Positions 8,871 to 17,201 of a stretch of 64,000 nucleotides of DNA are shown piece after piece. The notes below the pieces were generated by a model. That model did no database searches. It saw only the letters and a list, made by a program, of their open reading frames with translations, and was not told where the DNA came from. The translations under genes and the position numbers were made by a program. This DNA is from an uncultured Methanoregulaceae archaeon (lineage in GTDB: Archaea; Halobacteriota; Methanomicrobia; Methanomicrobiales; Methanospirillaceae), in assembly GCA_963701095.1 (NCBI GenBank), contig OY969564.1:832001-896000 (forward strand), read 5' to 3'. Within the stretch, counting starts at the first letter, position 1, and every line of letters begins with the position of its first letter.

Positions 8871-10150
8871 CGATGACGATTACCTACGGTTACTTTGCAT
8901 CAGCCACCGGCGATATCCGGCAGTATCTCCAGACCGACGACGCGAACCTGTTCCGGCAGTGGTGGACGAACGGCATCATGAACAGTTTTACGAATTCGCT
9001 CCAGGTAACGGCTCTCGCCAGCCCGAATATGTCAGTGAACATTGCGATAGGCGGCTGCCTTATTGACGGGTACTGGATGTACAGCAATGCCGTCGTGAAC
9101 CTGCCGATTGCGCCGAATACCTCCGGGAACCCGCGTATCGACCGGGTCATTGTGACCATCGATGAAGTAAATGCTCGTGCCATCCAGATCACGGTTCTTC
9201 TGGGTACTCCGGCTGCATCCCCGGTACCGCCAACCCTTACCCAGAATACCGGCACAACCTTCCAGTTGTCGCTTGCCCAGGTCGCGGTCGCCAGCGGTAC
9301 AAACCAGATCCTGGCAGGAAACATCACCGACGAACGCTGGACCCAGGTACTGCGGCGTAATGGCAGCGACAATGGGGAAGTTCTCCATACAATCGGATGG
9401 TTCCCTGAACGGCGGCGGGATGAATATCCATAACATTGCCGATCCGGTGAGCCCTCAGGACGCGGCGACACTTCATTATGTAACCAATCTCATGGGCTCG
9501 AATCAGACCCGGTAAAAATATCCACGCTGACTTCCGGGACCTCGTTTACAATCCAGGCTTCCACGCAGTATGTAGATATTATTCTTGTAGGTGGATGCGG
9601 CGGCGGAGGTGGTGGCGGTGGAGGATACTCTGGCGGTACGTGGGCTGCTGGGGGTGGTGGCGGTGGAGGTACAGGAGCCTGTCTCCAGGAATATGGTATC
9701 CCCGTCTCCGGAAATATACCGTATACCATCGCAATCGGCATGGCTGGCACGGGGGGTAGTGGCGGTGGCGTAAACAGTGCCGGTGGGGCTGGCGGAAGCG
9801 GTGGAAGCACATCAATCACTATCAATGGCATCACGTACATTGCAGGAGGAGGCGGTGGCGGTGGTGCCGGATCACCGGCGGGATCCAATCGTGCAGGAGG
9901 TGCATCATCTGGTGGAGGGGGAGGAGGTGTATCCGGCGGTTCTACTGTTCTGGGTATCTTAGGATCGTCCGGCGTCGGTGGCAGTGCCGGATCCGGTGCC
10001 TATCCCGGTGGTGGCGGTGGCGGCTGCTACGGGTTTTATTCTGCCACCTGTTACGGTGGTTCTGGTGGTTCTGGAGGAGGCCCCGGAGGGGGCGGAAATG
10101 CAGGATCTGCCGGAACGGCCGGGTTTATGATTATTGTGGAATGGTCATAA
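8867..10150 (+). CDS. Upper baseplate/tail fibre protein with C-terminal glycine-rich domain; two apparent frameshifts (~9347, ~9510)
   Basis: PRIDRVIV..LSLAQVAVASG..ITDER baseplate domain, NIADPVSPQDAAT neck-like motif, then VDIILVGGCGGGG..GTAGFMIIVEW Gly-rich domain. Confidence 0.7.
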
Positions 10151-10355
10151 TCCTTTTTTTAATAATACATTGTTAAAAACGAATCAATGAAAAACTGTTA
10201 GGCCAACGAAATCGCTGCCGGATTAAAATATTTTTCTAAGTCTAAATCACCTTACAAAACAAATATTTTATTGAGTGAAAGTGTCTCAAAAATTCTTAAC
10301 GCATTTAAATTTTTCATTCAGAGCGTTAATATGATAAATAATCAAATTAGGAAAT

Positions 10356-10871
10356 ATGAGTGGCACTCTTGATGACAAGGACATGTGGCAATATGCGCTT
10401 CAACAAGATTTACACATGATTACCGAGTTTGGCTTGGGAATTGTTGGTATAGGTGCATTATTTGTTGCGTACACATCAGCCGACCCCGTTAAATTTCCCG
10501 GCTTACAAGGAATTATCGCAGTTATTGGCCTTGCTGGATCATTGATAATATTTTGTCATATTGTTGAAACTGGATTGGATTTTTGGAATTTTAAAAAAAC
10601 TCTAACGGCCACAAATAGATGTTTCTTTTATAGATTTGATAAATCCCGAGGACAATTGCGGAATTTTTCGTTTGGAAAATTATTCAGGTGTTTTCCTATA
10701 ACTCTTTTAATGGGATATTTCATGTTCATGGTAGCGTTGGCATGGATTGTGTTACTAATCGATCTACCGGCATTTGGAGTTACATTATCACCTTTATTTC
10801 TGGTTTATATTTCCATAGTAGTATTTGTTATGTTTGCAATAGTTTACAATTTAAAAATAAGGGAGTTATGA
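10356..10871 (+). CDS. Hypothetical 4-TM membrane protein
   Basis: Four hydrophobic segments; AT-rich gene. Confidence 0.6.
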   Translation: MSGTLDDKDMWQYALQQDLHMITEFGLGIVGIGALFVAYTSADPVKFPGLQGIIAVIGLAGSLIIFCHIVETGLDFWNFKKTLTATNRCFFYRFDKSRGQLRNFSFGKLFRCFPITLLMGYFMFMVALAWIVLLIDLPAFGVTLSPLFLVYISIVVFVMFAIVYNLKIREL

Positions 10872-10950
10872 GATTAAGTTTGCTGTTGTGTTTACTGTTG
10901 ATTCCAATTCTTTACCTCATTAATTTTATTAAATAACTAAAACACACCAG

Positions 10951-11307
10951 ATGAGAAATAATTTATATTCAAATAGCCTTTTCCAGAATATGTATCAAAT
11001 ATCCCCACGTGATTTTTCCCAATTAAATGCTGAAATTAACAGCGAAATTGAGAAAGTCTTATTAAAATTTGTAGCCGACGGGAAAATCAAAATGATTACC
11101 GAGGGAAAATCATTAACATCCTCTGGCGACGGCGAGAAACGAAAAAGAGGCAGGCCACGTAAGGTAAAAATCGAATTGAAAGAGAAAAGACCGCGGGGCA
11201 GACCGCGTAAAATCAAAACTGCTGAAACAAAACCCGCCGACGGTCAAAAACGCAAACCCGGCAGACCGAAAAAACTTGTAATTGCAGAATCTGATCATTA
11301 CGATTGA
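10951..11307 (+). CDS. Small protein with three AT-hook motifs
   Basis: KRGRPRK, PRGRPRK and KPGRPKK in the C-terminal half. Confidence 0.7.
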   Translation: MRNNLYSNSLFQNMYQISPRDFSQLNAEINSEIEKVLLKFVADGKIKMITEGKSLTSSGDGEKRKRGRPRKVKIELKEKRPRGRPRKIKTAETKPADGQKRKPGRPKKLVIAESDHYD

Positions 11308-11444
11308 TGGCAGGACATCTCGCATCTTTTAACGTTTTTATTCAGTGTTTATCTCATGACTATGAAAATGAGAATATATAGCGTAAACTTATTAATATGA
11401 ATGATATATCATATTTTGTCTTTATTCATCTAAAATTATAGGAG

Positions 11445-12047
11445 GTGAACTATTTGACAACGTTGTTAGATTTTTTGTCGATTGGAAAGCAATTAGATGA
11501 GCTGTACGAATTCCTAAAGAAAGTTAAAAGCGATATTAGTGAATACTCTCGGGAATTGTCAAATAAAGAGATAAAACAAGTCCTTAAGGATTTCAAGAAG
11601 GGGGTGGCAGAAACCCATATAATTTGTATTAAAATTATTGAAGCCGACGAAGTTGAAAAACAAATGCTTGGTAAATCACTAAATATAAGCAAAAAAGAAC
11701 GAGAAGAGATTGGCCAAAAAATAGGGTTAATAGCACAAGAATTGGAAAGAATTGTTAAAATCCCAGCTGTCGATCATTTCATAGGAGAAAGACCGGTGTT
11801 ATCAAAGCAGATGTATCGAACTATGAAGATGAGGGCGATGGTAAAGAGGGTATGGTTTGAAGAAGCAGAATCTCTTAAGGCTATTCCTGATGAGGAATTA
11901 TACGATAGGAAAATAAGAATTAAGAATGATCCTACGTATGATATTGAACATGCGTTACAAATCCTTTTTATTAAACACATGAAACAACTGGATAGAAGTG
12001 CTGTGGAATTGATAAAAGTTTTAGATACAACAATTGATTCACTTTAA
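11445..12047 (+). CDS. Hypothetical alpha-helical protein
   Basis: 200-aa ORF with GGAG upstream; no recognisable motif. Confidence 0.55.
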   Translation: MNYLTTLLDFLSIGKQLDELYEFLKKVKSDISEYSRELSNKEIKQVLKDFKKGVAETHIICIKIIEADEVEKQMLGKSLNISKKEREEIGQKIGLIAQELERIVKIPAVDHFIGERPVLSKQMYRTMKMRAMVKRVWFEEAESLKAIPDEELYDRKIRIKNDPTYDIEHALQILFIKHMKQLDRSAVELIKVLDTTIDSL

Positions 12048-12110
12048 AAATATGATAGGGAAAATCCCTACAATATTTTGAAAATTGATTTAGGTAACCA
12101 TCATCTAAAT

Positions 12111-12782
12111 CTAAAAAAGTCCCTTTACGGGCTCAATCAATTTCTCATCATCCGCATCCGTTTTGTTTACCCTCTCCGACACCGGGTATGCTACCATTTC
12201 CTCGGCCGGAAACTGCGCAAGGATCCGGTTGATCTCTTCAGCAGGAATCACTTCGCTGGACAACCACCGCATCTCGTCATCCTGTTTAAGGATAACCGGC
12301 ATCCGGTCGTGGAGAGGAGCAACCATCTCATTAGCGGCAGTCGTGATGATTGTATACGTCTGGAGGATTGCACCAGCCGGGTTCCGCCAGGTATCGTAAA
12401 GCCCGGCAAAGCTAAAAACCGGGTCATCTTTTACGTGGATATAGAAGGGAACTTTACGCCTGCCCTCATTTTTCCATTCATAAAACCCACTCGCAGGAAC
12501 AAGGCAGCGTTGGGATTTCAGGAGATCACTGAACATTGGTTTCTCATCGAGATTTTCTGCCCGGGCATTAATGGGCCGGTGCGTTGTCGTGATATCTTTT
12601 GTCCAGTGCGGAACGAGTCCCCACTGCATCATCACTGCTTCTGCCCGCTCATGAGCAACTATAACCGGGTTCGAACTTCCAGGGGCGATGTTGAAGTGAG
12701 ACCGGAAACCGAGTGTCGGGTCGAGAAGTCGGAACCTGCCGCAGAGGTCATCAATACACCAGAGGGAGTACCGGCCACACAT
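12111..12782 (-). CDS. SRAP family abasic-site processing protein (HMCES/YedK-like)
   Basis: MCGRY N-terminus (Cys2), WGLVP, INARAE, GFYEW, HDRMPVIL. Confidence 0.95.
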   Translation of the reverse strand: MCGRYSLWCIDDLCGRFRLLDPTLGFRSHFNIAPGSSNPVIVAHERAEAVMMQWGLVPHWTKDITTTHRPINARAENLDEKPMFSDLLKSQRCLVPASGFYEWKNEGRRKVPFYIHVKDDPVFSFAGLYDTWRNPAGAILQTYTIITTAANEMVAPLHDRMPVILKQDDEMRWLSSEVIPAEEINRILAQFPAEEMVAYPVSERVNKTDADDEKLIEPVKGLF

Positions 12783-12876
12783 GATAAATGGTCTTTATTG
12801 AGTGGGGAGGCATCAAAGTTTGCAATGAACTCGTTGAATTTTCATCTAATTCTAACCAATGCAAAGAATTCGTGTA

Positions 12877-13932
12877 TTACAATTCACCCTGTTTCGCAAG
12901 ATGAACAAATGGATCTACTTTTGTGATGGTTCCATAGCATTGTTCGGAGGCCGCTTTGCATCCTCCCTTACAAATATCTTTCAATTCAGGAGCACACGAA
13001 ACACATTCATCCGGATATGTTGTCCGGAAATTACAGACATAAGGATGGTGTAAATAAATTTCCTTGATGCTGTCTTTCCTGATATTGCCAAGAATTACAG
13101 GGGAATGGTTGCATATCCGGATATTTCCGTAAGGATCGATAGTGAAATAAGAATTTTCGCCTGCTTTGGGGCAAAATCCTATCAGAATATGTTTGTATTC
13201 TCTTGGGGGAACAACACACGGCTCCAGAACTACTGCAGCGACACTCCGCATGCCATATGTCTCACCGATTTTCTCTAATGTCTCCAAATTTTCCTGAATC
13301 ATAGTTGGCGATGGAAGAAGTTCACGCCAAAAGTGAATATTGTGCGTACCCAGATTGATACGGTTATACATTAATGAATTAGCACCGAGAATAAGTGCAA
13401 GCTCTGCGGTTTTTTGGATATCCTGATAATTCAGTTTTGTTGCTACAAATACAACCGCAAAATTTCCCCCGGCTTTGGAAATATGAATCATGGCATTTAC
13501 GGCAGCGTCCCAAGCACCGGGTCGCCCGGCTAAATGATCATGAACCTCCTTTTTATGACTTAACAATGTGATTTGGTAGGTATTTACAGAATGAACCGTG
13601 GCTGCGATCAGTTCTTTGGTGAGGAGGGTCCCGTTCGTTATAATGACTACAGCGATCCCCCGTTCCTTTACAAACGAAATTAAATCCGGTAAATCGGAAC
13701 GGAGGAGTGGCTCTCCTCCAGAGAAACCAATGATCTCTATCGGGAATTCTTTCTGGAGTTTAATGATGACTTCTTTTATCTCATCTGTTGTCATCTCTTC
13801 CAGAGAGGGTGATGGATTATATTGTTCGTTATCACCCCATACGGTATAGCAATACAAACATCGATTGTTACAACGTTGCGTTACTTCGATGACAACATAC
13901 TTTGGTAAGGTTTCAGGCGTATTTCCATTCAC
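12877..13932 (-). CDS. Radical SAM/SPASM domain protein (PqqE-like maturase)
   Basis: CNNRCLYC, SGGEP, TNG and SPASM cysteines (IDPYGNIRIC; CVSC..CKGGC). Confidence 0.9.
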   Translation of the reverse strand: MNGNTPETLPKYVVIEVTQRCNNRCLYCYTVWGDNEQYNPSPSLEEMTTDEIKEVIIKLQKEFPIEIIGFSGGEPLLRSDLPDLISFVKERGIAVVIITNGTLLTKELIAATVHSVNTYQITLLSHKKEVHDHLAGRPGAWDAAVNAMIHISKAGGNFAVVFVATKLNYQDIQKTAELALILGANSLMYNRINLGTHNIHFWRELLPSPTMIQENLETLEKIGETYGMRSVAAVVLEPCVVPPREYKHILIGFCPKAGENSYFTIDPYGNIRICNHSPVILGNIRKDSIKEIYLHHPYVCNFRTTYPDECVSCAPELKDICKGGCKAASEQCYGTITKVDPFVHLAKQGEL

Positions 13933-13940
13933 GCTGATTC

Positions 13941-14294
13941 CTATTGAGAAAGCTCTTTCGCAGTTTCTTTCGAGATTATTCCCTCATCGACAAACTGTTT
14001 CACCAGGGATTCCTTAACTGCCGTGTCAATCGTCGGTGAGATTACATCTATGACTGGATAGTAGCACAAGATAGGCCGATGCCCCCAAATGAACCCGACA
14101 ACAAATTGCTGAGGTTCGGATAGCAGCACTTCAACCTCTGTTCCTACAAGTGAGGCAATGGTCTTTTTATCGATCTGCGGCCCAAGTGGAAGCAGCTGTT
14201 TTTTCTGCTTTCCTTTCAGGCTTGGAATCTCGAGATAATGTTCTCCACCCTCAACAACAACTTTCCCCTTTACTTTGTTGGACGACATGTTCAT
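13941..14294 (-). CDS. Hypothetical 117-aa protein co-transcribed with the radical SAM gene
   Basis: Ends 8 nt upstream of the rSAM start. Single Cys in WGHRPILCYYP. Confidence 0.7.
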   Translation of the reverse strand: MNMSSNKVKGKVVVEGGEHYLEIPSLKGKQKKQLLPLGPQIDKKTIASLVGTEVEVLLSEPQQFVVGFIWGHRPILCYYPVIDVISPTIDTAVKESLVKQFVDEGIISKETAKELSQ

Positions 14295-14542
14295 TCACCC
14301 GATTCAGATCATTTCAGTTATAGTATTTAATTATTTATATTCTACACAATTGAAATTTTACAATGCTATTAAAATTTTTAATGTGATTGCTACGAATAAT
14401 GTGAAACTAAACTTGTACCCGGTGCCGATCACTTTCACTCTCCGTATGGCCGGATCCTTATCCACATCAGTGCAGCAGGGATCCGGTGCTATGCACATCG
14501 AGATCCTCGAGCACCCGTACCATGACACTCAGGAGAAGGATC

Positions 14543-16495
14543 GTGTGGATCCTTGACTCCGCGTACCGGGACCGTGGTATCGATCTCTGGATTAAGGACG
14601 GACCAGTAACAAAAACCCATTACGATTACCGGCCGCCTTTTTACGTCCACTTCCACGACCCTCACGTTCATCAGGAGATGATCGAAGCACTGGAAGAGCG
14701 GCATGATGCGGAAGAGTGCGCCATCAAAACCGTCTTTGGCGAACTCCCCGGGTATGCAGTTACCGCAGGCCGGGATGTGGCCGAAGCGATAGAACGTCAG
14801 GCACAATTCGATGTCGATATCTTCAACGTTGATGTACGCAGGGACCAGCGGTTCATGGCCGAACGTGGGATCTGTCCGTGTATGGGAAAAGGGGATGACC
14901 GGTTTTCCCCGGAAATCGTACACAATCTTACCGTAATGGAGATTGAGATCCAGGGCAACCCGGCACTCTCCTCGCAGTTCACGGAAATTGAAATAAAAGG
15001 AATCCACACGGAACGGCTCACCGGTGAGAACCATGAAGTCCTCGCTGAACTCTTCGGCCTCGTCAATTCGCTTGACCCTGATGTCATCCTCATGCCGGAT
15101 GCCGATACCTGGATGCCGAAGATCCGGAAACTGGCACAACAATATGATCTGGTCATGCCTTTCTCGCGGAACGGCAAGTACCGGCAGATGGACGCCCGAT
15201 CGTACTGGAGTTACGGCAGGATGGAACACAAGGAATCTGCGCTTATTCCCGATGGGCGTATCCTGATCGATACCGAACAGTCGTTCGTGTACCGGGAGGG
15301 TGGTCTGGATGCAGTCCTCATGGCCGCCCGGCTTACAGGACTCTCGCCGAACTTAGCGTCCCGGTTCACGCCCGGAACCCTCATCAGCAGTGACGAGGTC
15401 TACGAAGCAGTAAAACGTGGGATTGCAGTGCCGTTCCGCAAAAGGGATCCGGAGCAGAGCCGTAAGCTCTCAGTTCTCCAGACCGCTGACCGGGGAGGTA
15501 TGATGTTCCAGCCAGAGCCAGGGACATTTGAGAATGTCGAGGAGATCGATTATACATCCATGTATCCCTCCATCATTGTAAAATCAAACCTCTCGCCGGA
15601 GACGGTCGGGCATCAGGAACGTGCGGGATTCCTTCCTGCGGTGCTCAAGCCGCTGCTCGAACTCCGTGTCAAAACCAAGCAGCTCAAGAAGACCGATCCA
15701 CGATTTGCCGGTACTGATGCAATTCTCAAGTGGATGCTCGTCACCTGTTTCGGGTACACGGGTTACAAGAATGCGAAGTTCGGGAGAATAGAGGTGCATG
15801 AGGGGATCACCGGCCGTTCCCGGGAAATCCTGATACAAACCAAAGAGATCGCCGAAAAGATGAATTTCCGGGTACTGCATGGGATCGTAGATTGTCTCTG
15901 GGTGCAGGGATCTCCGATCAAAGCACTCAGGGAACGGGTCGAGCGTGAAACTGATCTGCTCCTTGAAATTGACCACTTCGACTGGATCGTTTTTCTGCCT
16001 CTCGCGGATGGTTTTGGTGCCTATAACCGGTATTATGGCAGGCAACCGGATGGTAGTATCAAGGTCCGGGGAATTGCCGCTCGGAAACATGACACGCCAG
16101 AGTACATCCGGGAGATGCAACGCCGGATGCTGGATGTCATGGCCCGGGCAAAAACGATCGCTGAACTCAAAGTGACACAGGATGAAGTCACAGCAATTTA
16201 CCGGGAAACGATAAACAGACTGCCATCAGCGGACCCAAAGGAAATGATGATCAACCGCCGGATTAGCCGGCTCACGTATGCGCACCGGTGCATTGAAGGC
16301 GCAGCAGTGCAGGCATACCGGGATAACAAGATAGAGATCGCACCCGGTATGAAGATCCAGTACGTGGTGACCGATGCCCGGCGGTACAAGGTGGAACCTT
16401 CATGGTGCGCATCATCGTTTGATGTCGGATATTACCGGGAATTGATCGATAAGGCATATGGCGAGATCACGTTCGCATTTTCTCAGGCAGGATAA
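14543..16495 (+). CDS. polB2: Family B DNA polymerase, PolB2 (Dpo2-like) type
   Basis: Motif A DYTSMYPS, motif [13 protein letters not shown], motif C HGIVDC (not YGDTDS), degenerate exonuclease motifs. Likely GTG start at 14543 after AGGAG. Confidence 0.85.
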   Translation: MWILDSAYRDRGIDLWIKDGPVTKTHYDYRPPFYVHFHDPHVHQEMIEALEERHDAEECAIKTVFGELPGYAVTAGRDVAEAIERQAQFDVDIFNVDVRRDQRFMAERGICPCMGKGDDRFSPEIVHNLTVMEIEIQGNPALSSQFTEIEIKGIHTERLTGENHEVLAELFGLVNSLDPDVILMPDADTWMPKIRKLAQQYDLVMPFSRNGKYRQMDARSYWSYGRMEHKESALIPDGRILIDTEQSFVYREGGLDAVLMAARLTGLSPNLASRFTPGTLISSDEVYEAVKRGIAVPFRKRDPEQSRKLSVLQTADRGGMMFQPEPGTFENVEEIDYTSMYPSIIVKSNLSPETVGHQERAGFLPAVLKPLLELRVKTKQLKKTDPRFAGTDAILKWMLVTCFGYTGYKNAKFGRIEVHEGITGRSREILIQTKEIAEKMNFRVLHGIVDCLWVQGSPIKALRERVERETDLLLEIDHFDWIVFLPLADGFGAYNRYYGRQPDGSIKVRGIAARKHDTPEYIREMQRRMLDVMARAKTIAELKVTQDEVTAIYRETINRLPSADPKEMMINRRISRLTYAHRCIEGAAVQAYRDNKIEIAPGMKIQYVVTDARRYKVEPSWCASSFDVGYYRELIDKAYGEITFAFSQAG

Positions 16496-16569
16496 TATAA
16501 TCTGAGGTTGGGTGGTTTCGAACCCATTACCTCAAAACCCTGATATTTATTGCACACAAATGTGACTGC

Positions 16570-16728
16570 ATGACAATCCAAAGTGAGCAAACTACCCTCC
16601 CATTTGAGCAAAATGTCCACCCCTTAAATGTTACAATGAGTGATCTGAAGCAGTTTGAAGAACTCACAGGTCTCCCCGGAATAGCAAAACAAATGATTCG
16701 AGAAAAAATCGTAAAGGTTAAAGATTGA
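16570..16728 (+). CDS. Possible 52-aa protein
   Basis: MTIQSEQTTLPFEQNVHPLNVTMSDLKQFEELTGLPGIAKQMIREKIVKVKD, with TTTATT upstream. Confidence 0.4.
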   Translation: MTIQSEQTTLPFEQNVHPLNVTMSDLKQFEELTGLPGIAKQMIREKIVKVKD

Positions 16729-16759
16729 TACAAAAAGAGTGAATATCCTTTTTAATTCA

Positions 16760-16833
16760 AGCCTATGGCGAGATTTGAACTCGCGACTTCTTCCTTACCA
16801 AGGAAGCACACTGCCGGGCTGTGTCACATAGGC
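16760..16833 (-). tRNA. tRNA-Thr(GGT), complete
   Basis: Acceptor GCCTATG/CATAGGC, D-stem ACAC/GTGT, anticodon arm CTTCC-TTGGTAA-GGAAG, T-arm GCGAG-TTCAAAT-CTCGC. Confidence 0.92.
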
Positions 16834-17004
16834 AATTGCTTTTTCATTTTTGGTTTTTCTTCTATTTATGCTAAGGAGGAACTCATTTCCACGACGTCTT
16901 TACCAAGGAAGCACACTGCCGGGCTGTGTCACATAGGCAATTGCTTTTTCATTTTTGGTTTTTCTTCTATTTATGCTAAGGAGGAACTCATTTCCACGAC
17001 GTCT
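16795..17004. repeat. Exact tandem duplication, 2 x 105 bp (39-nt tRNA 5' half plus 66-nt spacer)
   Basis: Units 16795-16899 and 16900-17004, each starting at TTACCAA (the anticodon loop on the minus strand). Confidence 0.95.
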
Positions 17005-17043
17005 TTACCAAGGAGGTACTCTGCCGGGCTGAGTCACTTAGGC
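17005..17043 (-). pseudogene. Orphan 5' half of a different tRNA-Thr(GGT), cut after the anticodon loop (putative att junction)
   Basis: GCCTAAGTGACTCAGCCCGGCAGAGTACCTCCTTGGTAA, with 5 differences from the complete copy. TATA-like TTTTATAAT at 17151-17159 on the minus strand. Confidence 0.85.
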
Positions 17044-17201
17044 GTGTTTCTTCTACATCCTGCTCCTGTGAGGAATCAATTGGTTTTTACCGGAACATAA
17101 TACCGGCTTTAATCGCACAGGCAGGTTGCCTAGATACATTGTCGGTGAATATTATAAAATATTGCGGAGACTCTCTGGATTTCCCGGAGTTTACGCTCTA
17201 T

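Larger units (their letters stand above)
1..17011. mobile_element. Right-hand part of an integrated tailed provirus (siphovirus-type tail module plus cargo), ending at a tRNA-Thr att-like site; left end outside the window
   Basis: Co-directional tail operon at 22-10150, AT-rich accessory genes at 10356-16728, and a split tRNA-Thr at 17005-17043, after which housekeeping genes resume. No integrase or head genes are in the window. Confidence 0.8.

Noticed and set aside
9590..10100. GGN-rich low-complexity tract as a DNA repeat element
   Set aside because: It is explained by glycine codons of the tail fibre domain.
22..10150. Frameshifts in tail genes as proof that the provirus is defective
   Set aside because: The same kind of indel affects host genes, so decay cannot be inferred without reads. 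Only the 1340-1346 site fits a programmed frameshift.
12078..12926. Long ORFs antisense to real genes (also 39825..40952, 42648..43511 and others)
   Set aside because: These are shadow frames of well-supported genes on the other strand and have no motifs of their own.
14543..16495. Casposon, pipolin or protein-primed replicative polymerase
   Set aside because: No Cas1 or terminal inverted repeats are seen, and the motifs match cellular PolB2 rather than the DTDS-type replicative or primer-independent enzymes.
16795..17043. CRISPR array, or an intron-containing or trans-spliced tRNA
   Set aside because: The spacers are identical rather than unique and the repeat is a tRNA half. Half B cannot pair correctly with the available 3' half, and I see no convincing bulge-helix-bulge.
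16765..17100. 111-aa ORF with an internal repeat
   Set aside because: It is the antisense translation of the tRNA and its duplication.
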